64,000 nucleotides of DNA from a virus (IMGVR_UViG_3300027744_000008); one strand, 5' to 3'. Positions 1-16,100 are shown, counted from the first letter of the stretch. Program-made: numbers and translations. Notes: generated from the letters alone by a model not told the origin.

Positions 1-3000
1 GCTAACTCTGTATCATAGTCCATATCTTGAGGCCTAACTGATCCATCACTATTTGTTCTTCTAAATATAAAGCTATCACCAGAGGTTACAGTTAAAGTAT
101 TTGGAATACCAATAGACTTAGCAACTCCGTCACCTTCAAAAGTAGGCATGATTACATCGGGTTTTGTAAAAATAATTTGTCCCACATATTGCTCATCGTC
201 AATTCTTACGTAACGAATATTGTTCACTGCTCTATAATATATGTTTATCAACTCTGCTTGTTCAGGTACGTAAGGCAGGTCAACTGGGTATGTTTTATTT
301 TTAACAGTCATTGAGTCAATGTCATTAGATACTGTTAATAATGCACCATTAATTGTACTACTAACTGTTATGGACGGTATTGCTGTAAATGTACCTGCCG
401 GAAGGATTACGGTGTTTGCCGAAAGCCCAGAACTAGTATAAGTAAATTCATCGCTGTCTGTTATTGTTACAATTATTCCGTTTTCTGTATATTCACTGTA
501 ATTAGCACCAGCATTTAAATTAATTTTGTTACCAGTTACCAGTCCATGAGAACTTTGGGTTTTCACATACACTGTTGGAACTGCGGCTGAAACAAATCCC
601 GAAGGTTCAATAATAGTCGGGTCTGATCCAAAAATTCCTGGGTTAGTTGGATATGCTAGACAAACGGTTGACAGTGTTCTAACTGTAGCAACAAATTCCC
701 CGTTATAATCTTCATTGTCATTGCCACTGACTGTAAATTTATATCCTTGCGCCAACGGAACTCCTAAGACTGCAAAAGAGAATGTTGCAACTGCTGTTGC
801 ATTTATTGTTTGGCTAGTCACAGCCTGTTGTTGATTTACAGTATAGGTTCCTAGTCCACCTGCGCCAGTTCCTAAAGAAAGAATATATGTACCTTCTAAA
901 ACGCTGCCGCCGGTAATTAATTGTCCCACAGAAAGTGTTCCAGAAGTAACGCCAGTTACCGTTAAAACATATCCCGGATTAGTTGTTGCTCCATCATTAA
1001 TTGTGCCTACAACTTCAGCTGGCCCGACTGGAGAAGTTGCTAGTGTAACCGTGACAGTTGGCGAGGTTGATACCGTTAACGGAACTTCATCACCCGGATT
1101 TATATATGTAAATTCATAGTCATTTCTAACTGCATAAATTTCAATCCCAACTTGATTAAAGTCTGGAAGGTCAATACCTTCAATATTAATTATTTGACTA
1201 GAAGCTAATCCGTGTGGAATATCAGTTGTTATCACACTAATACCTTCAAGACTTAATCTTCTAAAAGAAGTAATCTTACTAGTACCAACTCGTTTTATAG
1301 AGTATATTGAGACAGGACTTTTAGGCGCAACCGATGCACAATAATAAACACTGTCAGTGGCAATGCCGCCGATCGAATTACCAGTAAATTCAAGTAATCG
1401 ACCTGTTTCAATATTAGTTGTAGAACTTACTTCAATAATATTTCCATAGCTGTATGTTCGAATAGCCGTAGTATTGATCTGTTTACTGTTAGCTCCCACT
1501 GTGACAATGTAGTCATCAAAGTTAGGATCTTGAGAATCCCACCCGTCTGAGAACCAAGGAGTACTTCCCCAACCTTGGGCAATGTTAAATCCAATTCCAG
1601 TAATTTGCACTCCGCCGTAGTCGACGCCGCGCATTAGTTGTCCTAACTGTTTTCCAAATTCATTAGTTCCTGGTTTGTAGTACCAATTGATTCTGTCAGC
1701 TGCTGACAAATAATTAAAATCTTTTAGATATGTAATCTTAATAACAGACCCCTTGGCCGGTGCTGTCAAGAAGGTTAGTAATCCATAGTAACTTGTATAT
1801 CCTCTAGTTGTGGTCTTTTTGCTGGACAGTATATAAGAGTTTCTAAGAGCAGAAACTTCGTCAATTAGTACTTCCGAGTCGACTAGGTTAATACTTGGAC
1901 TCCATCTTAGGATAAATTGAGTTTTACTTCCGGTTCCAACAAATGCAGAATCTGTGTCGCCTGATTCAATTTCTTGTAGTTCAGTTATATAATATTGGCT
2001 AGTAATTCTGTCAAATTTAATTCTTGTATAGTTTGATCTCACAAGACTGTTGCCAATCCTAGCACTTGCACTTGCACTTACTCCATTTGAATCAAGACCA
2101 CCTTCAAATGACACTGACGGAACTGTTAGATAACCGCTACCTTTCTTAATTAAAGATATCCTTGCAACTTTTCCGTTAGTTAAGTAGGCTCGAGCAGTGG
2201 CTCCGGATCCGCTGTCACTTTGTATAATAACCACAGGAGTGCTTATATACCCAGAGCCTCCATCATTAATAATAATTTCTGTAATTTGAAATCCTATATT
2301 ATCAGTCCAGTTCTTCCAAGGATATTCGTTAATAAATGCAGAATCACTGATTATTTCATTATCTATTACCGTTGCTGGAACTGTGGTAAATCTACCATTT
2401 TCATAGATCGGAGGTAAATCAAAATCAGTTACAACTGATCGAGCAACATCTGTTTTAGAATATGAGCTAACAAATTCTCTAATTTTTGTTCTGTAAGGTT
2501 TAACTTCAGAAATGTAAGATTCAAAATCAGTTAAATTGTCATTATTATAGGTAACTGTTTCTTTTAACTCGCCTACGTTATGTTGCGCTTTAATAAAACT
2601 TGTTTTAAATGCCCAGTCAACATACAGTTGTTCATAATGAACATATCGTAAGCAAGCAAAAAATGTATTGAGATACTCTTGTTTTAAATCGTCAGTTAGA
2701 ATATTATTTTTAATTGATTCTAAAATAATTCTTAATTCAGTCTCTGCTGAATTATCATAACCAGTACCATCATAAGAGGGACCATCATAACCAATACCAG
2801 TATTTCTAAAACTGTAAAGTGTATTTAAAAACTGTATAGTCCCCTTTTCTCTACCAACTACTTTATAAGATCGAGTATAGTCTGATGAAGTACTGGTTGC
2901 ATATTTTTCTAATAATAACCAACCACTAGTACCTACGTTTTTAATTTTAACCAGTTGCCCAATTTCTACAGTCACTTGATTAAGTTCATAGATAGAATTT

Positions 3001-6000
3001 AAAGAAAAGTTTGCAGGAGTAAATTGACTGTATCCATTATTATAAAAATCTACATAATCCCAAAATTTTCTAACATCATACCCTTGACTCTTTACTCGTG
3101 TCCAAGTAAGAGAGTCCGGGTCATAAGAATAAATGCTCCATCTTTCAAGGGCCTGCGAATCAAAATGTACAAGTGCAGAAAATGGTCTTAAAGTTAAAAC
3201 AGTATCATCTGTATAACCTTCACCAGAATTTTCTACAATAACTCCACTGATTCCGCCGCTGACATTTAACACTGTTTTAATTTTAGCATCAATTCCAGTT
3301 CCAGAAATTTCTAGATATGGAGCATAGACGTATCCCGATCCAGGATTATTAATAATGATTTCTGTTATCCTACCATCAATAATTATAGGAGTTAAAGAAG
3401 GATATCTAACAGCGGTTACCCCAATGGTTCTTAATTCTATGTCGTAATCTACAACTACATCGTACTGTCCAAGAATTTTATTTGGTTCTAATTCGTAGCT
3501 ATCCAACGCGGTAATATCTTTTTCTTCAACAATAATATGTTGTAGCATTGTTGCGTTTACACGCTCAAAGTATTGTTTTAGTGCTTCAAATCTGTTAACA
3601 AACATGCTCTGGCGGGGTCGATTTTCAATGCCGTAACGTAATTTAGGGGGTAGCTCAACGTCTGGAACTCGTCTACCATTAGCGTCTTTTCCGCAGAGAC
3701 TGTCTATCCATTTAGTTTCAATAGATGTTGGTATGTTAGTGTTAATACTATTGCTGATCAATTTCCATTGATCATGACTATTAATTGTATAATCATCAAC
3801 TACCCAATACTCGACATATAAGTTAATATCAGTGTGTTCTAATAAATTTTCTACATTGACTAAACTAAAGGTATTTGTTCCAGTAAATGCAACATACTTG
3901 TAACCGTATCCTTTAGGATCAGCTATAAGATTAGACACATCTTTTGCAGATAACTTTCGTCCTTTGACTTCCGGAATAAGAACTTTATTTTTTACCCAGA
4001 AGTAATAAGTGTTTCTAAAACTCTTGGAAACATTATCATATGTACGTTTAATACTATATGCAGAATTTCCATATAAACTAGTACCGCTAATACTAGCAGT
4101 GAATCCCTCTTCAGTATCAGCAATAGCATCCCAATCGTCAGGAAGAAGACTTGACGCTACCCATTCGTAGATATCGATACTGGCTGTCTCGTAGAGTGTA
4201 TTCCAGGTAGAGTTTCTATAAACACTGTCACCATTATAACTGTCTAAAAACTTAGCTCTTGTCAAGTTCCACCATAACGTACCAACATTAGCCGTAGTCC
4301 AGGCTTGTCCGTCATCGATGTTTAGTGTTTCAGTTCCAACAGTGTAGATTGCTGGATCATAATATGTTTTAAATTTAATTTCTTGTTCGGCTATGCCTGC
4401 AATTTTTCCTTGTATTGGATCAATTACATCAAGATAAGAAATTAATTTCTGTGTCTTTTTATTGTACAAGAAAATTTGTTTAATTTTACGTAAGTCAATT
4501 TTGTCAGTTTCTGTCCGTGTAGCAGTCCAAGAATAAACATTTGGTACCTTGTTGTAAGAATAAATCTTACCTGAAGTAGTATATGTGGCATCAGTTGCGT
4601 TAGATGCACTAGCAATAATATAATTGTTTGCAGCTACTAATTCAATACCGTAATCATCATTATTAACATTAGTAGTTGTTAAACTTTCAGCAAACACCCA
4701 TTTAGTAGAATATCTATCATAGACGTCAATCCTTCCAGAGTCAGTGACAGTTGAACCATTTTGTATAGTATCACCGTTGGCACTAGAAATTACAAGAGTT
4801 TCATCATTGTTCATGAAGGCAACTTTTGCGCCATATCCTTCAGATCCTTCTGGTAGTCTACTTGTTATAGTTTGATATACGGTATAAGAATCGTTAACCA
4901 GTTTATAGATAGTAACACTTCCTTGATTAGTGCTAGTAGTTTTATTTCCTACAGCAATATATGTTCCGTCGTTTGACACAGTAACGCTATAATCTGCAGA
5001 GGTTGCTAATGATATATCATCAATTAATGTATCATCTGCTGAGTATACAAATATTTTTCCAGTGCCGTTACCGTAGGCTGTGACTGCAATAGTTGATCCA
5101 TCTTTAGATGTAGCAACTGTATTTCCAAAATAATCCGCGGCTGCTGCGGATGACCCGAATGAAACGCCCACAGCAGTCCATTGCAGGATATCATTCTCAA
5201 CAGTATAGTTAAACTCGTAAAGTCTGCCAGCAGCATTGTTTAACTCGGCAGCAACAATTAGTTTATTATCATCTGCAAATTTTACAGTTGATCCAAACTT
5301 TTCGTCGGCAGCTACATTAGGTGATAAGATAACTCTGTATAATGAATATTCATTAGCGATGTTAAGTTTATATAAACAAACTATACCTTGATTATCAAGT
5401 CCACTAGTTTTAGCAACATATTTTAAACAATTATTCCCATGCATTTTATATTCAGTATTATCATAACCAGTAATCAACTCGTGTGATGGGATATGGCCTG
5501 CATCAGAAAATTCACTGTTAACAACCACTGTCATTTTACCAGTGTCGTCTGTCATAGCATATGAACCACCGGGCACAGTAGGAATACCAAAAGTATTCCC
5601 ACCTAAGGTTTCACTAATTGTAATTATTGTGGCACTATAAATGGATTTAATATAATAAGTAGTTGTTGGATCTATTCCACCAAACGAAGATCCAAAAAAT
5701 CGTAATCTCATTCCTACAACCATACCGTTAGTTGTACCAACCGTAATGTATCCTTTATCAATACCGGAAACTTGAGGTGTAGTTGCAGTGGCCACTGTGG
5801 TAAGATTTCCAATGGTGGCAGTTAAAGTAGCAGAAGGTACATCATATTCAGTCCATTCTGCTAAAATAAAATCGCCCTCAGTTGAAGAATTAACTGTGCA
5901 TTTATACAGTACATGGTCATATAAAACTATGTTATTGAGAACATAGGTTTCATTAGTTTGATAGATTCCTTGATATTCGATATCAAATTGAGCAGTTGTT

Positions 6001-9000
6001 AAAGTTAAAGCTGCACCAACACTGTCTTCTACATCAGGATCATTTATATCAGCTGTGGCACTAATAGTAATTTTATATTCGTTAACTAGAGTCTTTACAT
6101 AATACGGACCTACACTTGATACTAAATTGCCAAATGCAGTGCCATTGAGTACTACCGGCATACCTATATGGATGCCGTCTGTGCTAGTAAGAGTTATTTG
6201 ATTTGTGCCGCTGACCGTAGACACCACTGTGGCTGTAACGTGCGGTACTGCTTGATAATAATTTATAACATTACCACCTTGTGGTACTCTAACATATAAA
6301 TTATCGGCGATTGCAGCACCTGTGGCATTAGAGTTAGGATCTGAGTCAAACGATAATGAAGATCTAACTATAGTATATTCAGCTTTGTTTTCACCGTCTT
6401 TTGATAGTATATTTCCCGACTCGGGAGATCCAATGGCTAACCAATTTTTATCATTAGATATTGAGATACTATGTCCAAAGGATCCTAGAGGGGTATCGTG
6501 CCAAAACGCATTAGGTGGATCATATGCTGACACATAATTAAATGTTAAATTAATATTTTGATTTCTTGTCCAAGAGGAACTATAGCCAGCACGATTATAA
6601 ATTACAACACTATTTTTAGCGGTAGATACTGCAAGTGTAGATGCCGCTGGGTCAATAGCTAGAACCTTGCCGAATTCTAACCCGTTAGCAGAATCTTTAT
6701 TTTGTATGTTACTAGCTGCTGAATAAACTAGATCGTACTCATAAACAGCCCATTTGCCTTGTCCATTATTGTCAACCCACAGTAGTTCGTTATCTTTAAT
6801 CTTTTTAGGAATTTCTACATTTATATCATCGATGTTGTCTATCTTTTGACTGTCAAAGTAATATACTTTAATCTTATCATCATAGACTATCACTGTTGGA
6901 AAGTCAGCAATCGTTGCTGTTACATTAATGATGTCGCCAACAATACTATCAATTTTGTAAAATCCTTGTACGTCGGTTATACCAGTTAAACCTAGATAAT
7001 CACCTTCTTCTAAATAATTTACTGAATCTACTGTTATCGATAAAGTAGTATCTGTATACTCTAATAGAGAAACACTACTTTCTGTATCAGTGATCCTATA
7101 GATATTCCAATAGACTGATGGATTTTCAAAAGCTGTCCACACATAATCACCTGGAGAAAACTCAGTGACATCGTATGTTAACAGGTCAGCTAGAGTATCC
7201 ACATTGGCTGCAACTTCGTCTATTCTAATATAACCGGGAGTTCTTAGATAAGGACTGTAATTATTATTAATTGGCCACGGATTTGAATTGTAGCTCATTG
7301 GTTTTAAGTAGACGTCGTTAGGCGTTTGTCTAATTACAAAGTCAACTAGGTTAGAGTCTATGTTATTAACTAGCTCAAACGCCTGCGGTTTGTTTTTAAA
7401 TAGGCTTTCGTCTAATTCAAACTCAATTTGTTCAAACGTATCAATAGCACCATACTGTCCTACACGAACAGCCCATTCTTCAAAGAACGTGAGACTTTCT
7501 TGATTATCAGCACTTAGTACATCAAATAATTTATTAAGAACATTCTGAGTACCTTTTTCAATAATCATCCCTTGATAAAACTTATACTCACTAATATCGT
7601 CTTTAATAATATTTTCAAGATACTGACGTTTCTGATAACCTATCAAATGTTGTGCAATTTTTTGTTGTCCTACATCAAAGTTATCACTGTCTAAACTATA
7701 AAAATCAGTAAATTGTTCTGCTTTATATGACCAGTTAGGCAGTAATCTAGATGTAGGTTTTTTAGATAATTTAACCCAGTCTTCACTTACAAAATCACTT
7801 GTTCCAATCAATTTGCTAGTTGCGCTGTAGTAAAACTCTTTATACTTAACAGTATCACCTATATTATAGGCTATCCAAGATTCCCAATCTTTTATCACTG
7901 CTTGATCATAGATGAAGCCGGGAATATTAAATCCGCCATTCCATCCAGTTGATACATAACTTAGTACTTTTATTTTTTCTTGTCTGTAACCTGTACGTGG
8001 ATCATACAACGTGTCATTAAATAATGTTGAATTATCTAATAATATCACATGTTCTTTTTGCACAAAATAAAATGTTGCTCCGTATATCCCATCGCCGGTT
8101 GTAGTATAAGATGATTGGTTATCATCTCTATAAGAATTTAAAAAATCTTCATCTAATTTAGTGCCGTCTACTTTAAAAAATTCATATACATTAAATTGAT
8201 CTTTAATATCATCAATAACTGATAATTTAGAATTAATAATTATAGTGTTAGCCGATGGGCTTAATGCTAGAACACTTGCACCAACTGTTGATAATCCGTC
8301 TAGTTTAGTCCAATTATTTTCTAAAAATAAATCGCTAGCATCTATGGCCACCTCTGCCTTGTAATAATCGCCATCAAACTTTACAATCTCCCCTGCTTGA
8401 TAACTATCGGTTGGTAACCAATCTTCCCATTTTTCTACGCCGCTTGACCAATTCTGAGTGGTCCAGAATAAAAATTCTTTAGCACTAGTTACCCAATTAC
8501 AAATTTCTCCTATGTTTGCATTAAATTCATCAAATACAAAACCTTGATCTTTTAGATATTCTCCGTACCCTACTAAAAAATCTACAACTTCTTGTATTGT
8601 TCTAAATTTAGTACTGTATGCAGCCGTGATAGGAGTGGTCCGATCCCATGCAGTTCTAATAAGGACTGTTTTGCCGCCGTTAATAGGAAGTGAGGGTAAT
8701 GAGCTATAATTTAAAGGATTAAATGTATCATTTGAAGTATGTGTTAATGATGCCCTATAATAAGTAGTGCCATACTTAACTATTTTTCCGCTGGAGTACA
8801 ATTGATTAGGTGCCCATTCAGTAAAAGATTCACTGATGCCGCCTACGTTTATGCTATATCCGGGCGAGGTCCATCCATAATAGTAGAAGTAGGGACTAGA
8901 TTTGCTATACCCTTTTACTTCAAATCCAGTTGATAATTTTGTTATAATTACACCACTGTAAACTAACTTCTTTATAGGACTAGAAGAATTTAAAAATACT

Positions 9001-12000
9001 GAATAATTTTCTTGAGGAACATAAATTCCACTAACTGCTGTAGGAGATTTTGAATCTAACAGTATATTAAATCTTTCTTTTTCAGTAAATCCTCCAACAC
9101 GATAAGATAACTGCATCTTGCTATAGAGTAAATCATACTTGTACTGATCTAAAGATCGTTGATTGTCGTGTTGAATATAGTCAACAATGTAATTTACAAG
9201 TCCGGCAGTTTGCACTCTTTCAGTGTCGGTGTAGATGCTTGGAATAATAATATCTTCCAAACGAAGTCTTAACTGAGTGTCTTTATAAACTATTTGATTA
9301 GACACATCTCGATAAATTCTTGAACGATCAAACAATACACCCATAACTTTAGCAGGATATGTTAGTAAAAGAGTTGAAATTATACTAAAAGAATAATACG
9401 AACTTCTGCGCCACGCACTTTCTATTGGACTAACATCTCCAAATATAAAATCTTGTCCTGTTATTTCTGTAACAAGGCCGCTGGCTAGATTGTTGTCTGT
9501 AGGGCTAACAATATTCCCGTCTTGATCAACTGGCAAATAGTTAGTCAAATAAGGTTTAACGTATTTTGGATTTCGATACACTGGTTGTCCTGGAACCTTA
9601 ATTATACCTTCGCTAATATCTTGCCACATAACCTTGTTATCCGATGTATAAGGTGCTGGACCATATTGTTCAACCCACCAAGACGGCACAATACTAAATC
9701 CCAACATTTCCCACGGACATATATTGGGTCTATCAGTGTCATATATCCAACGATATATGCCTCTCCAATAACCTGGTAATTCTCTCCCATCTGGAGCAGA
9801 TAATCCTCTATAATTAAAAGTTAAAGGATTATACTGATCGTACGATAAAGGTTTTGAAAAATCTCTATTAATCAAGGTAGTCCATTGATAGAAAGAAGGT
9901 GCTAACACTTTATTAAATTCATCTAAAGAATAATCACCAACTTGACTATAACGTGGTATTAAATCATTAACATCAAAGATATCAGTATTATAATTTACTT
10001 TTATATTGTTAAAAATTCTTTTTTCTAATTCTAAAAGTAGATCATCTCTATAGTCTCCATAAGCCAAGACTATGCTACCGTCATGCCCCTGGATAACTTC
10101 TCTAGGTGTTAAAAGGCTAGTGTCTAAGTATTTTTTAGGCTCAAATTTTGGCCACATTCCTAACTTAGTAGGTGTAGCCGGAACATAACTGCCGTCTGTA
10201 CTTTCATATTCTACAATAGTGATTGTATCATCGTTGGCTACCACTGCGCTGTTAGTTAATACTATAAACCCATCAGAGTGAAATGTGTAGTCTATTCCAT
10301 ACAATAATTGATTACTATTGATATAAACTAGTACAGCTTTAGAAGATAAAGTATCTAAACTATATGTTTCAGTCAATGGATATGTTTTAGTTCTATAGTC
10401 AACTACTGTTATGTTTGTAGTAATAGCTGGTCCAGTTGGAATCATATCACTAAAATAATAAGACGATATCTTAGGTTTATTCTTATTAATTTCGGTTAAA
10501 ATTAAATCAACGAACGGAACGGTATCTGTATCAATTCCTAGATTTTCTGAGATGTTTATAAAATTACGTTTAAATGCACCGTAATCGTTTCTTGCTTGCT
10601 CCAAGGCTTTAAGAATATTATTTGTTTTATTAGTAATATGATAAAGAGCTAGAGGCAAAGCCCCTTCATGTTGTACAAATCTTGTACCATAAGGACTAAC
10701 ATTGCCTAAATCTCTTAGATTGCTTGCGCCAAGATATTCACCGTTAAAATTATCTAGATTATCTATAATCGAATCTACATGATCAATAACTTCACCTAAT
10801 GTAAACTCAACAGGGTTTTCATTCATTGGATTATTTTGAAGATTTATAGGAAGCTCGTAATATCCGTTTGAATTTTTTACTTGTGAGGAAAAAGTTTTTA
10901 ATGTTATAACATCGGTTGCTTGATAATCAATTCCGGCAGCCGTCATAATGTCTACATTAAAATAGACATACTTAAATCTAGTACCGTTTTTAATTTCCCA
11001 ATATTTTTGATCTAATCTTTTTCCATTAATATAAACCCTAACTTCAAGATCAGCAAGGGCAGTTATATTATCGTAAACATCTATATCAAAATTGTTTGTC
11101 TTATCAGGGTCTCTATAAATTCTTACCACTGGTTGATAACGGATAACACTGCTACGTTCCCAACCAGACACATATGATATGTCAGTTAAACTATTAAATT
11201 TCACTAGTTTTCCAACAGCAATGGATTGTGTTGTTACATCAATAACTCTTTTGTAAACAAACGTGTCGCTTAACAGGTTAAAATTAAAAACAATGTCGCC
11301 AATATTATTAATATTCTTGTAAGATAATGGAAATCCTAACTTACTGTCGTTAGTGCCAGTGCCTATTTTATAAGAAAAAAGTTTTGTTCCGATAAAACTG
11401 GTGCTGTCATATACAGTGATATCTCCATAACTATAACCATCCGCATCAACTACGTCAAACAACGGTGCTTGATTAACTCCGGTTTTTTGTTGCCCTTTAG
11501 TCCAAGTTGTGCCGTTATAATAATATGTCAATCCTTGATTATTAACACCAAATTTAACTATTATTGATTGATTTTCTATGGGTATAGCTTCTTCAACTAA
11601 ATGTATCTGACGTTGAAAAGATTCTCCCGGAGGAGTGACTCTAACAAAGTCTACCCTATAAATTTTATTTTTTACAAGTATGTCAGTGTCGGCTAAAAAT
11701 AGTACACGCTGTCCTTGAGTTAGATTAATACCATCAACAATATACCCAGTTTGCCCTTCAATATTTGAAAATACATCTGTAGTAAACGTATCTATGAGAT
11801 CAACGTCAATAGTAGCTTCTAATCCAAAATTATATAATTTTATACCAGCTTCAAACTCGATAATAGGACGAAGCGCCCTAGCATCTTGATCTAAACTTGC
11901 AATTTGTCCATTAACTGTATAACTTGTTTCGATTACACTTTTATGATACCATCGATTGTTACGTGCCCACGGGTTTCTATCTTTACTTCCTCGATTAATA

Positions 12001-13130
12001 ATAACATAGTCTTTAGATGAACTATAGGTTGTAGCAACATCAAATGAGTACTGATCAAAAGGACCATCATCGAATGGTACATCAAAACTATCTGTACTAC
12101 TAGTAATAAGTTCTAGATCGTTTTCAAGAATTAATTGTATTCTTGTACCAACACCTTCTACATAATACTGGCCAGTTTTATAATTTTCAGGAGTAACATT
12201 ACCTTTAAATTGCAATTTCATTCCATTGCTTAACTGAGTACCGTCAGATAATTTGAATGTTTTTTTACCTACTACTTCGTTCTCAACATCAATCGCAGTA
12301 TTTTCTTTAATGTCATATATTTTAAAAATCCCTCCTAGATTAGGATCGTTCTCACTAACATAATAAAGAACATTGGGGGCTTTTTCAGGAATTTTTATTG
12401 TGATCGTGCCGGACTCTACCGCGTATGTAGTATCATTCCCCCAATTGTATCGATCAACCACACCGGCAGTTCGATCAGTTTTGATGCTGAATGGCTCGCC
12501 TGGACTGTCAATTTCAAAGTGATATGTTTGGCCTCTATACAGTTTTAAAGGCGGATTTCTATCTAACCCGTTAGGAGTAAGAAGATATTCTTTATATCCG
12601 CCAGCGTCATCTATCTTTACTGTATAGGTGCTCTCAATTTTTTGTTGTAACCCATAGACATTAATGACCGGAGGTCCGTATGGTAGCCAGTAATATTGTT
12701 GGAAGTTAACAAATTTGTCCCAGTCCACATGAGGATTCCAAGAGTACAGCTCTTGGCGATTTAGACGTTCATGATTATCGATATTTGCGCCGAACACCCC
12801 TAGTTGATTTATATAATCAATATAGTCTTTATAAAATTCTACATTACCCAGTGTATCTGTTGACACTAGGCTTGGCTCTAGCTGATAATTTTTACGCTGT
12901 GTATTAACTGCTTCAACAAAAATATCGTTAGTAGTAGATGATTTAGCATTTCTTCTACCAATAAACCCTGTAACTTTTCTTACGGCGCCTGGCTGAGTAA
13001 GTTGGTCAAGAGTAGCTTGAACAAATTTTTTATTAGAATCAGTTCTATAATATCTTGGCAATAGTTCAGAATTTCTTCTTTTACTATTTTTTGAAATTGG
13101 AACTGGATTTTCAGATTGATCGTTGTTCAT
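1..13130 (-). CDS. Giant virion structural protein (>4,370 aa), probable baseplate wedge/fibre-attachment protein; 3' end lies beyond the left edge
   Basis: ATG at 13130 with GGAG 6 nt upstream, directly after the gp6-like gene. It translates [48 protein letters not shown]..., and the same frame is still open at position 3 (...[22 protein letters not shown]). The ORF track lists no minus-strand fragment starting here, consistent with no in-frame stop in the window. It contains FG-GAP-like segments ([19 protein letters not shown] near 6480) and WxxxxxYxxGxxV motifs ([22 protein letters not shown] near 8420). Confidence 0.85.
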   Translation of the reverse strand, partial: MNNDQSENPVPISKNSKRRNSELLPRYYRTDSNKKFVQATLDQLTQPGAVRKVTGFIGRRNAKSSTTNDIFVEAVNTQRKNYQLEPSLVSTDTLGNVEFYKDYIDYINQLGVFGANIDNHERLNRQELYSWNPHVDWDKFVNFQQYYWLPYGPPVINVYGLQQKIESTYTVKIDDAGGYKEYLLTPNGLDRNPPLKLYRGQTYHFEIDSPGEPFSIKTDRTAGVVDRYNWGNDTTYAVESGTITIKIPEKAPNVLYYVSENDPNLGGIFKIYDIKENTAIDVENEVVGKKTFKLSDGTQLSNGMKLQFKGNVTPENYKTGQYYVEGVGTRIQLILENDLELITSSTDSFDVPFDDGPFDQYSFDVATTYSSSKDYVIINRGSKDRNPWARNNRWYHKSVIETSYTVNGQIASLDQDARALRPIIEFEAGIKLYNFGLEATIDVDLIDTFTTDVFSNIEGQTGYIVDGINLTQGQRVLFLADTDILVKNKIYRVDFVRVTPPGESFQRQIHLVEEAIPIENQSIIVKFGVNNQGLTYYYNGTTWTKGQQKTGVNQAPLFDVVDADGYSYGDITVYDSTSFIGTKLFSYKIGTGTNDSKLGFPLSYKNINNIGDIVFNFNLLSDTFVYKRVIDVTTQSIAVGKLVKFNSLTDISYVSGWERSSVIRYQPVVRIYRDPDKTNNFDIDVYDNITALADLEVRVYINGKRLDQKYWEIKNGTRFKYVYFNVDIMTAAGIDYQATDVITLKTFSSQVKNSNGYYELPINLQNNPMNENPVEFTLGEVIDHVDSIIDNLDNFNGEYLGASNLRDLGNVSPYGTRFVQHEGALPLALYHITNKTNNILKALEQARNDYGAFKRNFINISENLGIDTDTVPFVDLILTEINKNKPKISSYYFSDMIPTGPAITTNITVVDYRTKTYPLTETYSLDTLSSKAVLVYINSNQLLYGIDYTFHSDGFIVLTNSAVVANDDTITIVEYESTDGSYVPATPTKLGMWPKFEPKKYLDTSLLTPREVIQGHDGSIVLAYGDYRDDLLLELEKRIFNNIKVNYNTDIFDVNDLIPRYSQVGDYSLDEFNKVLAPSFYQWTTLINRDFSKPLSYDQYNPLTFNYRGLSAPDGRELPGYWRGIYRWIYDTDRPNICPWEMLGFSIVPSWWVEQYGPAPYTSDNKVMWQDISEGIIKVPGQPVYRNPKYVKPYLTNYLPVDQDGNIVSPTDNNLASGLVTEITGQDFIFGDVSPIESAWRRSSYYSFSIISTLLLTYPAKVMGVLFDRSRIYRDVSNQIVYKDTQLRLRLEDIIIPSIYTDTERVQTAGLVNYIVDYIQHDNQRSLDQYKYDLLYSKMQLSYRVGGFTEKERFNILLDSKSPTAVSGIYVPQENYSVFLNSSSPIKKLVYSGVIITKLSTGFEVKGYSKSSPYFYYYGWTSPGYSINVGGISESFTEWAPNQLYSSGKIVKYGTTYYRASLTHTSNDTFNPLNYSSLPSLPINGGKTVLIRTAWDRTTPITAAYSTKFRTIQEVVDFLVGYGEYLKDQGFVFDEFNANIGEICNWVTSAKEFLFWTTQNWSSGVEKWEDWLPTDSYQAGEIVKFDGDYYKAEVAIDASDLFLENNWTKLDGLSTVGASVLALSPSANTIIINSKLSVIDDIKDQFNVYEFFKVDGTKLDEDFLNSYRDDNQSSYTTTGDGIYGATFYFVQKEHVILLDNSTLFNDTLYDPRTGYRQEKIKVLSYVSTGWNGGFNIPGFIYDQAVIKDWESWIAYNIGDTVKYKEFYYSATSKLIGTSDFVSEDWVKLSKKPTSRLLPNWSYKAEQFTDFYSLDSDNFDVGQQKIAQHLIGYQKRQYLENIIKDDISEYKFYQGMIIEKGTQNVLNKLFDVLSADNQESLTFFEEWAVRVGQYGAIDTFEQIEFELDESLFKNKPQAFELVNNIDSNLVDFVIRQTPNDVYLKPMSYNSNPWPINNNYSPYLRTPGYIRIDEVAANVDTLADLLTYDVTEFSPGDYVWTAFENPSVYWNIYRITDTESSVSLLEYTDTTLSITVDSVNYLEEGDYLGLTGITDVQGFYKIDSIVGDIINVTATIADFPTVIVYDDKIKVYYFDSQKIDNIDDINVEIPKKIKDNELLWVDNNGQGKWAVYEYDLVYSAASNIQNKDSANGLEFGKVLAIDPAASTLAVSTAKNSVVIYNRAGYSSSWTRNQNINLTFNYVSAYDPPNAFWHDTPLGSFGHSISISNDKNWLAIGSPESGNILSKDGENKAEYTIVRSSLSFDSDPNSNATGAAIADNLYVRVPQGGNVINYYQAVPHVTATVVSTVSGTNQITLTSTDGIHIGMPVVLNGTAFGNLVSSVGPYYVKTLVNEYKITISATADINDPDVEDSVGAALTLTTAQFDIEYQGIYQTNETYVLNNIVLYDHVLYKCTVNSSTEGDFILAEWTEYDVPSATLTATIGNLTTVATATTPQVSGIDKGYITVGTTNGMVVGMRLRFFGSSFGGIDPTTTYYIKSIYSATIITISETLGGNTFGIPTVPGGSYAMTDDTGKMTVVVNSEFSDAGHIPSHELITGYDNTEYKMHGNNCLKYVAKTSGLDNQGIVCLYKLNIANEYSLYRVILSPNVAADEKFGSTVKFADDNKLIVAAELNNAAGRLYEFNYTVENDILQWTAVGVSFGSSAAAADYFGNTVATSKDGSTIAVTAYGNGTGKIFVYSADDTLIDDISLATSADYSVTVSNDGTYIAVGNKTTSTNQGSVTIYKLVNDSYTVYQTITSRLPEGSEGYGAKVAFMNNDETLVISSANGDTIQNGSTVTDSGRIDVYDRYSTKWVFAESLTTTNVNNDDYGIELVAANNYIIASASNATDATYTTSGKIYSYNKVPNVYSWTATRTETDKIDLRKIKQIFLYNKKTQKLISYLDVIDPIQGKIAGIAEQEIKFKTYYDPAIYTVGTETLNIDDGQAWTTANVGTLWWNLTRAKFLDSYNGDSVYRNSTWNTLYETASIDIYEWVASSLLPDDWDAIADTEEGFTASISGTSLYGNSAYSIKRTYDNVSKSFRNTYYFWVKNKVLIPEVKGRKLSAKDVSNLIADPKGYGYKYVAFTGTNTFSLVNVENLLEHTDINLYVEYWVVDDYTINSHDQWKLISNSINTNIPTSIETKWIDSLCGKDANGRRVPDVELPPKLRYGIENRPRQSMFVNRFEALKQYFERVNATMLQHIIVEEKDITALDSYELEPNKILGQYDVVVDYDIELRTIGVTAVRYPSLTPIIIDGRITEIIINNPGSGYVYAPYLEISGTGIDAKIKTVLNVSGGISGVIVENSGEGYTDDTVLTLRPFSALVHFDSQALERWSIYSYDPDSLTWTRVKSQGYDVRKFWDYVDFYNNGYSQFTPANFSLNSIYELNQVTVEIGQLVKIKNVGTSGWLLLEKYATSTSSDYTRSYKVVGREKGTIQFLNTLYSFRNTGIGYDGPSYDGTGYDNSAETELRIILESIKNNILTDDLKQEYLNTFFACLRYVHYEQLYVDWAFKTSFIKAQHNVGELKETVTYNNDNLTDFESYISEVKPYRTKIREFVSSYSKTDVARSVVTDFDLPPIYENGRFTTVPATVIDNEIISDSAFINEYPWKNWTDNIGFQITEIIINDGGSGYISTPVVIIQSDSGSGATARAYLTNGKVARISLIKKGSGYLTVPSVSFEGGLDSNGVSASASARIGNSLVRSNYTRIKFDRITSQYYITELQEIESGDTDSAFVGTGSKTQFILRWSPSINLVDSEVLIDEVSALRNSYILSSKKTTTRGYTSYYGLLTFLTAPAKGSVIKITYLKDFNYLSAADRINWYYKPGTNEFGKQLGQLMRGVDYGGVQITGIGFNIAQGWGSTPWFSDGWDSQDPNFDDYIVTVGANSKQINTTAIRTYSYGNIIEVSSTTNIETGRLLEFTGNSIGGIATDSVYYCASVAPKSPVSIYSIKRVGTSKITSFRRLSLEGISVITTDIPHGLASSQIINIEGIDLPDFNQVGIEIYAVRNDYEFTYINPGDEVPLTVSTSPTVTVTLATSPVGPAEVVGTINDGATTNPGYVLTVTGVTSGTLSVGQLITGGSVLEGTYILSLGTGAGGLGTYTVNQQQAVTSQTINATAVATFSFAVLGVPLAQGYKFTVSGNDNEDYNGEFVATVRTLSTVCLAYPTNPGIFGSDPTIIEPSGFVSAAVPTVYVKTQSSHGLVTGNKINLNAGANYSEYTENGIIVTITDSDEFTYTSSGLSANTVILPAGTFTAIPSITVSSTINGALLTVSNDIDSMTVKNKTYPVDLPYVPEQAELINIYYRAVNNIRYVRIDDEQYVGQIIFTKPDVIMPTFEGDGVAKSIGIPNTLTVTSGDSFIFRRTNSDGSVRPQDMDYDTEL

Positions 13131-13141
13131 TTAATCTCCGC

Positions 13142-16100
13142 TTATGCGCTTGTAATATTTTGTTGTAGTAGTGCTGTAGGTGAAATTACAATACTTCCTG
13201 ATGATTTAATAGTGCTGGCTGTAATATTTGTAATAATTTCAATATCGTCAACTGATGCTCCGTTGATAAACAATTGATCAGATTCAGCAGATATTTCAAA
13301 TAAACTGCCAAACGTTAAATTATTCGACTTTGGTACTATGATAAAATTAGTAATCAATGGTGCAAGCCTGTTCATTACATAGGTTGACATTTCTGAAAAG
13401 TAGAACTTGTCTCCAAAGTCCCAATTTTCTAAAGCAAAAAATTCATTTACTGCCGACAACACATTGGCTTTAATTTCGTTATCGCTAGAAACCTGTGCTG
13501 AATTTTTTACTACTTTAAATGTTGCCTGTAGGTCCTGAGATGAATCTGGTCCAAATAGCACTTTGTATCTCACAGGATGATAGATAATTTCATCACTTAT
13601 TGATTTAATTAGATTTAGACTTGGAGCAAGTGTTTGATATAGACTATCGGAGCTAGGTGGCAACGGCTCATACTCTCTGCTACCAGAAATCCACTGCCTA
13701 AATTGTACATCGTATGATTTACTTAATACAAAAATATCAATAATGTTACTCATGCCTGGATCAATTCTTGATTCATAATCTGCACTGTGTACATATTGAA
13801 ATTTAATATTATCTCTGCCTACAAAGGCTTTGTAGTCCAATGATACAACTAACTGTGGTGTTTTTGTTCTATCAAGTTTCTTAACAACATTAGTATCAAT
13901 AAAATAAAAATATTGCCCATTAACAGCTGCCTCAACCGCAGCATTAGCACTTGATTCAGATCTCAAAATTATCACAGTTTCAGAACTATTATCTACATAT
14001 CTATAATCTTCTTGCCCTTCTTCAATTTTATATTTTTCTTGGACAATATATTTTGGTTGTAGTATTGTATCTGTAACTGACGGAGGCGCTACTAATGTTA
14101 GAAACAAATCTGGTCTATCAACAATTCCGTCATCGTTTGAATCAGCAAATACTATTTCAATTTTTTTAGTATCTTTATAACCGTCAAGTCCCTTAAAATC
14201 ATCGTTAATTTCCCAATTTAAATCTAAACTTAACGGCGTAGTGTTATCAGGATTAGTGTTTATATTTAAAATATTAATTTTATCTTTGACTATAAGATTT
14301 GTAGTGCTATCATAAACTTTATCAGTACTATCAAAGTAAAAACGAATCTGTGCCTTGCTTTCAAAAATATAACGTAATAATCTACTAGTTACTGTGTACT
14401 TCTCTGTGTCTGTAGTAAACAGTATCAACCAACTAGAATCTAAATTTTTATTAGAATCATCTCCCTGATTTCCTAGATTGAAATTAGATTTAGAATCTAA
14501 ATTAGTTTCAAAAATAATTTCCCACGAGGCAGTGTCAGCAGCATATCTCAATCCAAATGTTTTATTGGCAAAAATTAAATCAACCATTGTAAAAACTACT
14601 GTCGGATCTATAGTTGCACGCCATTTAGGGATAACTTGAGATAATTGGGCAGCAGAGCCGCCTGGTATTATTTGATTTAAAATCACTGGTCCAAGACCAG
14701 TAGAAGTTACAACACCGTTAGTTGCTTCAGCAGTGCCATCACCTACAACTGATACTACCGAAGCCCATATGGATGTAGAGCCGTTTAGAGGAATTCCAGC
14801 CGCTGGTATATCTGCTAGATCGTTGTTGTTATCTGTTTGAAAATATTTGTTAGCTGGGGCTATAAATTTAATGAGAGATCCGACTTGTATATATTTTAAA
14901 TTACTAGTAGTATAAGAACCTAATTTATACTTTGTTTGATCATCTTTAGATTCAAAATAACCTGTAGATTCATTAGTGTCTTTAGTTATTTGATGCCAAA
15001 CAATATTCAAATTATCATACGGCAATATTGAAAATTTCTCATAGTAAAAGTTTCTTAAATTTTTATTTTTAAGTGTATCAATAATTTTGTTGTATATAAA
15101 TCCCTCAATATCTGTTCTTGAACTATAGGTAAAGTTAATTGAGGTTGTATAATTTTGTTTATATATTACTCCATCATTTGCAAATAAGTTTGTAGAACTA
15201 TATTTGCCAGTGGGATCTTTTAAGTCAAAATATCTACTAATACCACTGCTTGATCTATTAACAGATTTAATTTTTACAACGTCTTGGTTAACAGACAAAG
15301 GACTAATATTATAATCTTCACCTGTAATCATTCTATTCTGAGTATAGTAAGTTGCAGGTGCATTGGCCTTAATATTTTCATTACTTTCCGTAGAAACTGA
15401 ATTATTAATAGTTGTTTGTAAATTTAAAGTAACAGTCAATGTTTCACGCTGACCTACATTAGATACATAAGGAATATCAACAGTGATCCCCTTCATATCT
15501 TTTGGATTAATTGTATAAGTCAATCCATTGCTAGTTCTGTAATAGGTTCTAAATGAACCCAATGGTAAGTTACCAAAAGTGCCGTCGCTGAATACTAGGC
15601 TAATTCTATCACCTGTACGACTAACCACTCCGTAAATATTTTTAATATTCTTCTTTAAACTGTTATAGATAACATTGTTACCTTCAAAACTAGGAACTTT
15701 TGCCCATTCTTCTGATTCTAAACCATTCTTATCTAATCGGTGTAGCCATACATCTGAGTCATTAATATTGATAGCATCAATATCAATTGATTCATTATTA
15801 TTAGGTTGTGTAATTGTAAACGTGCCTTGATTGAGAGTACCTTGACGGAAATGCAGGAAGAAACCAGAATTAGAACTTGCTGCTCCACGACCGTCATCTC
15901 TATACAAAAATGCTAGATGATTGCCTACCCTTGGGGTTTCTTCGTAGATATAATCTTGGCCGGCAAACGCTGTAGACACAAGTTCAAAACTCATTGTTCT
16001 ACCGTCGATTGCTTTGTTAAAAGCATAAACTGGCACATCGGTATTAATACCTTGAATACGATACTGTTCTGACAGAATGCCGTAGATAGTGGCTTTATCT

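Noticed and set aside
1-13130. Stop-codon reassignment or a non-coding desert explaining the empty ORF track
   Set aside because: The region is one minus-strand ORF without a stop in the window, and all core genes are full length in the standard code.
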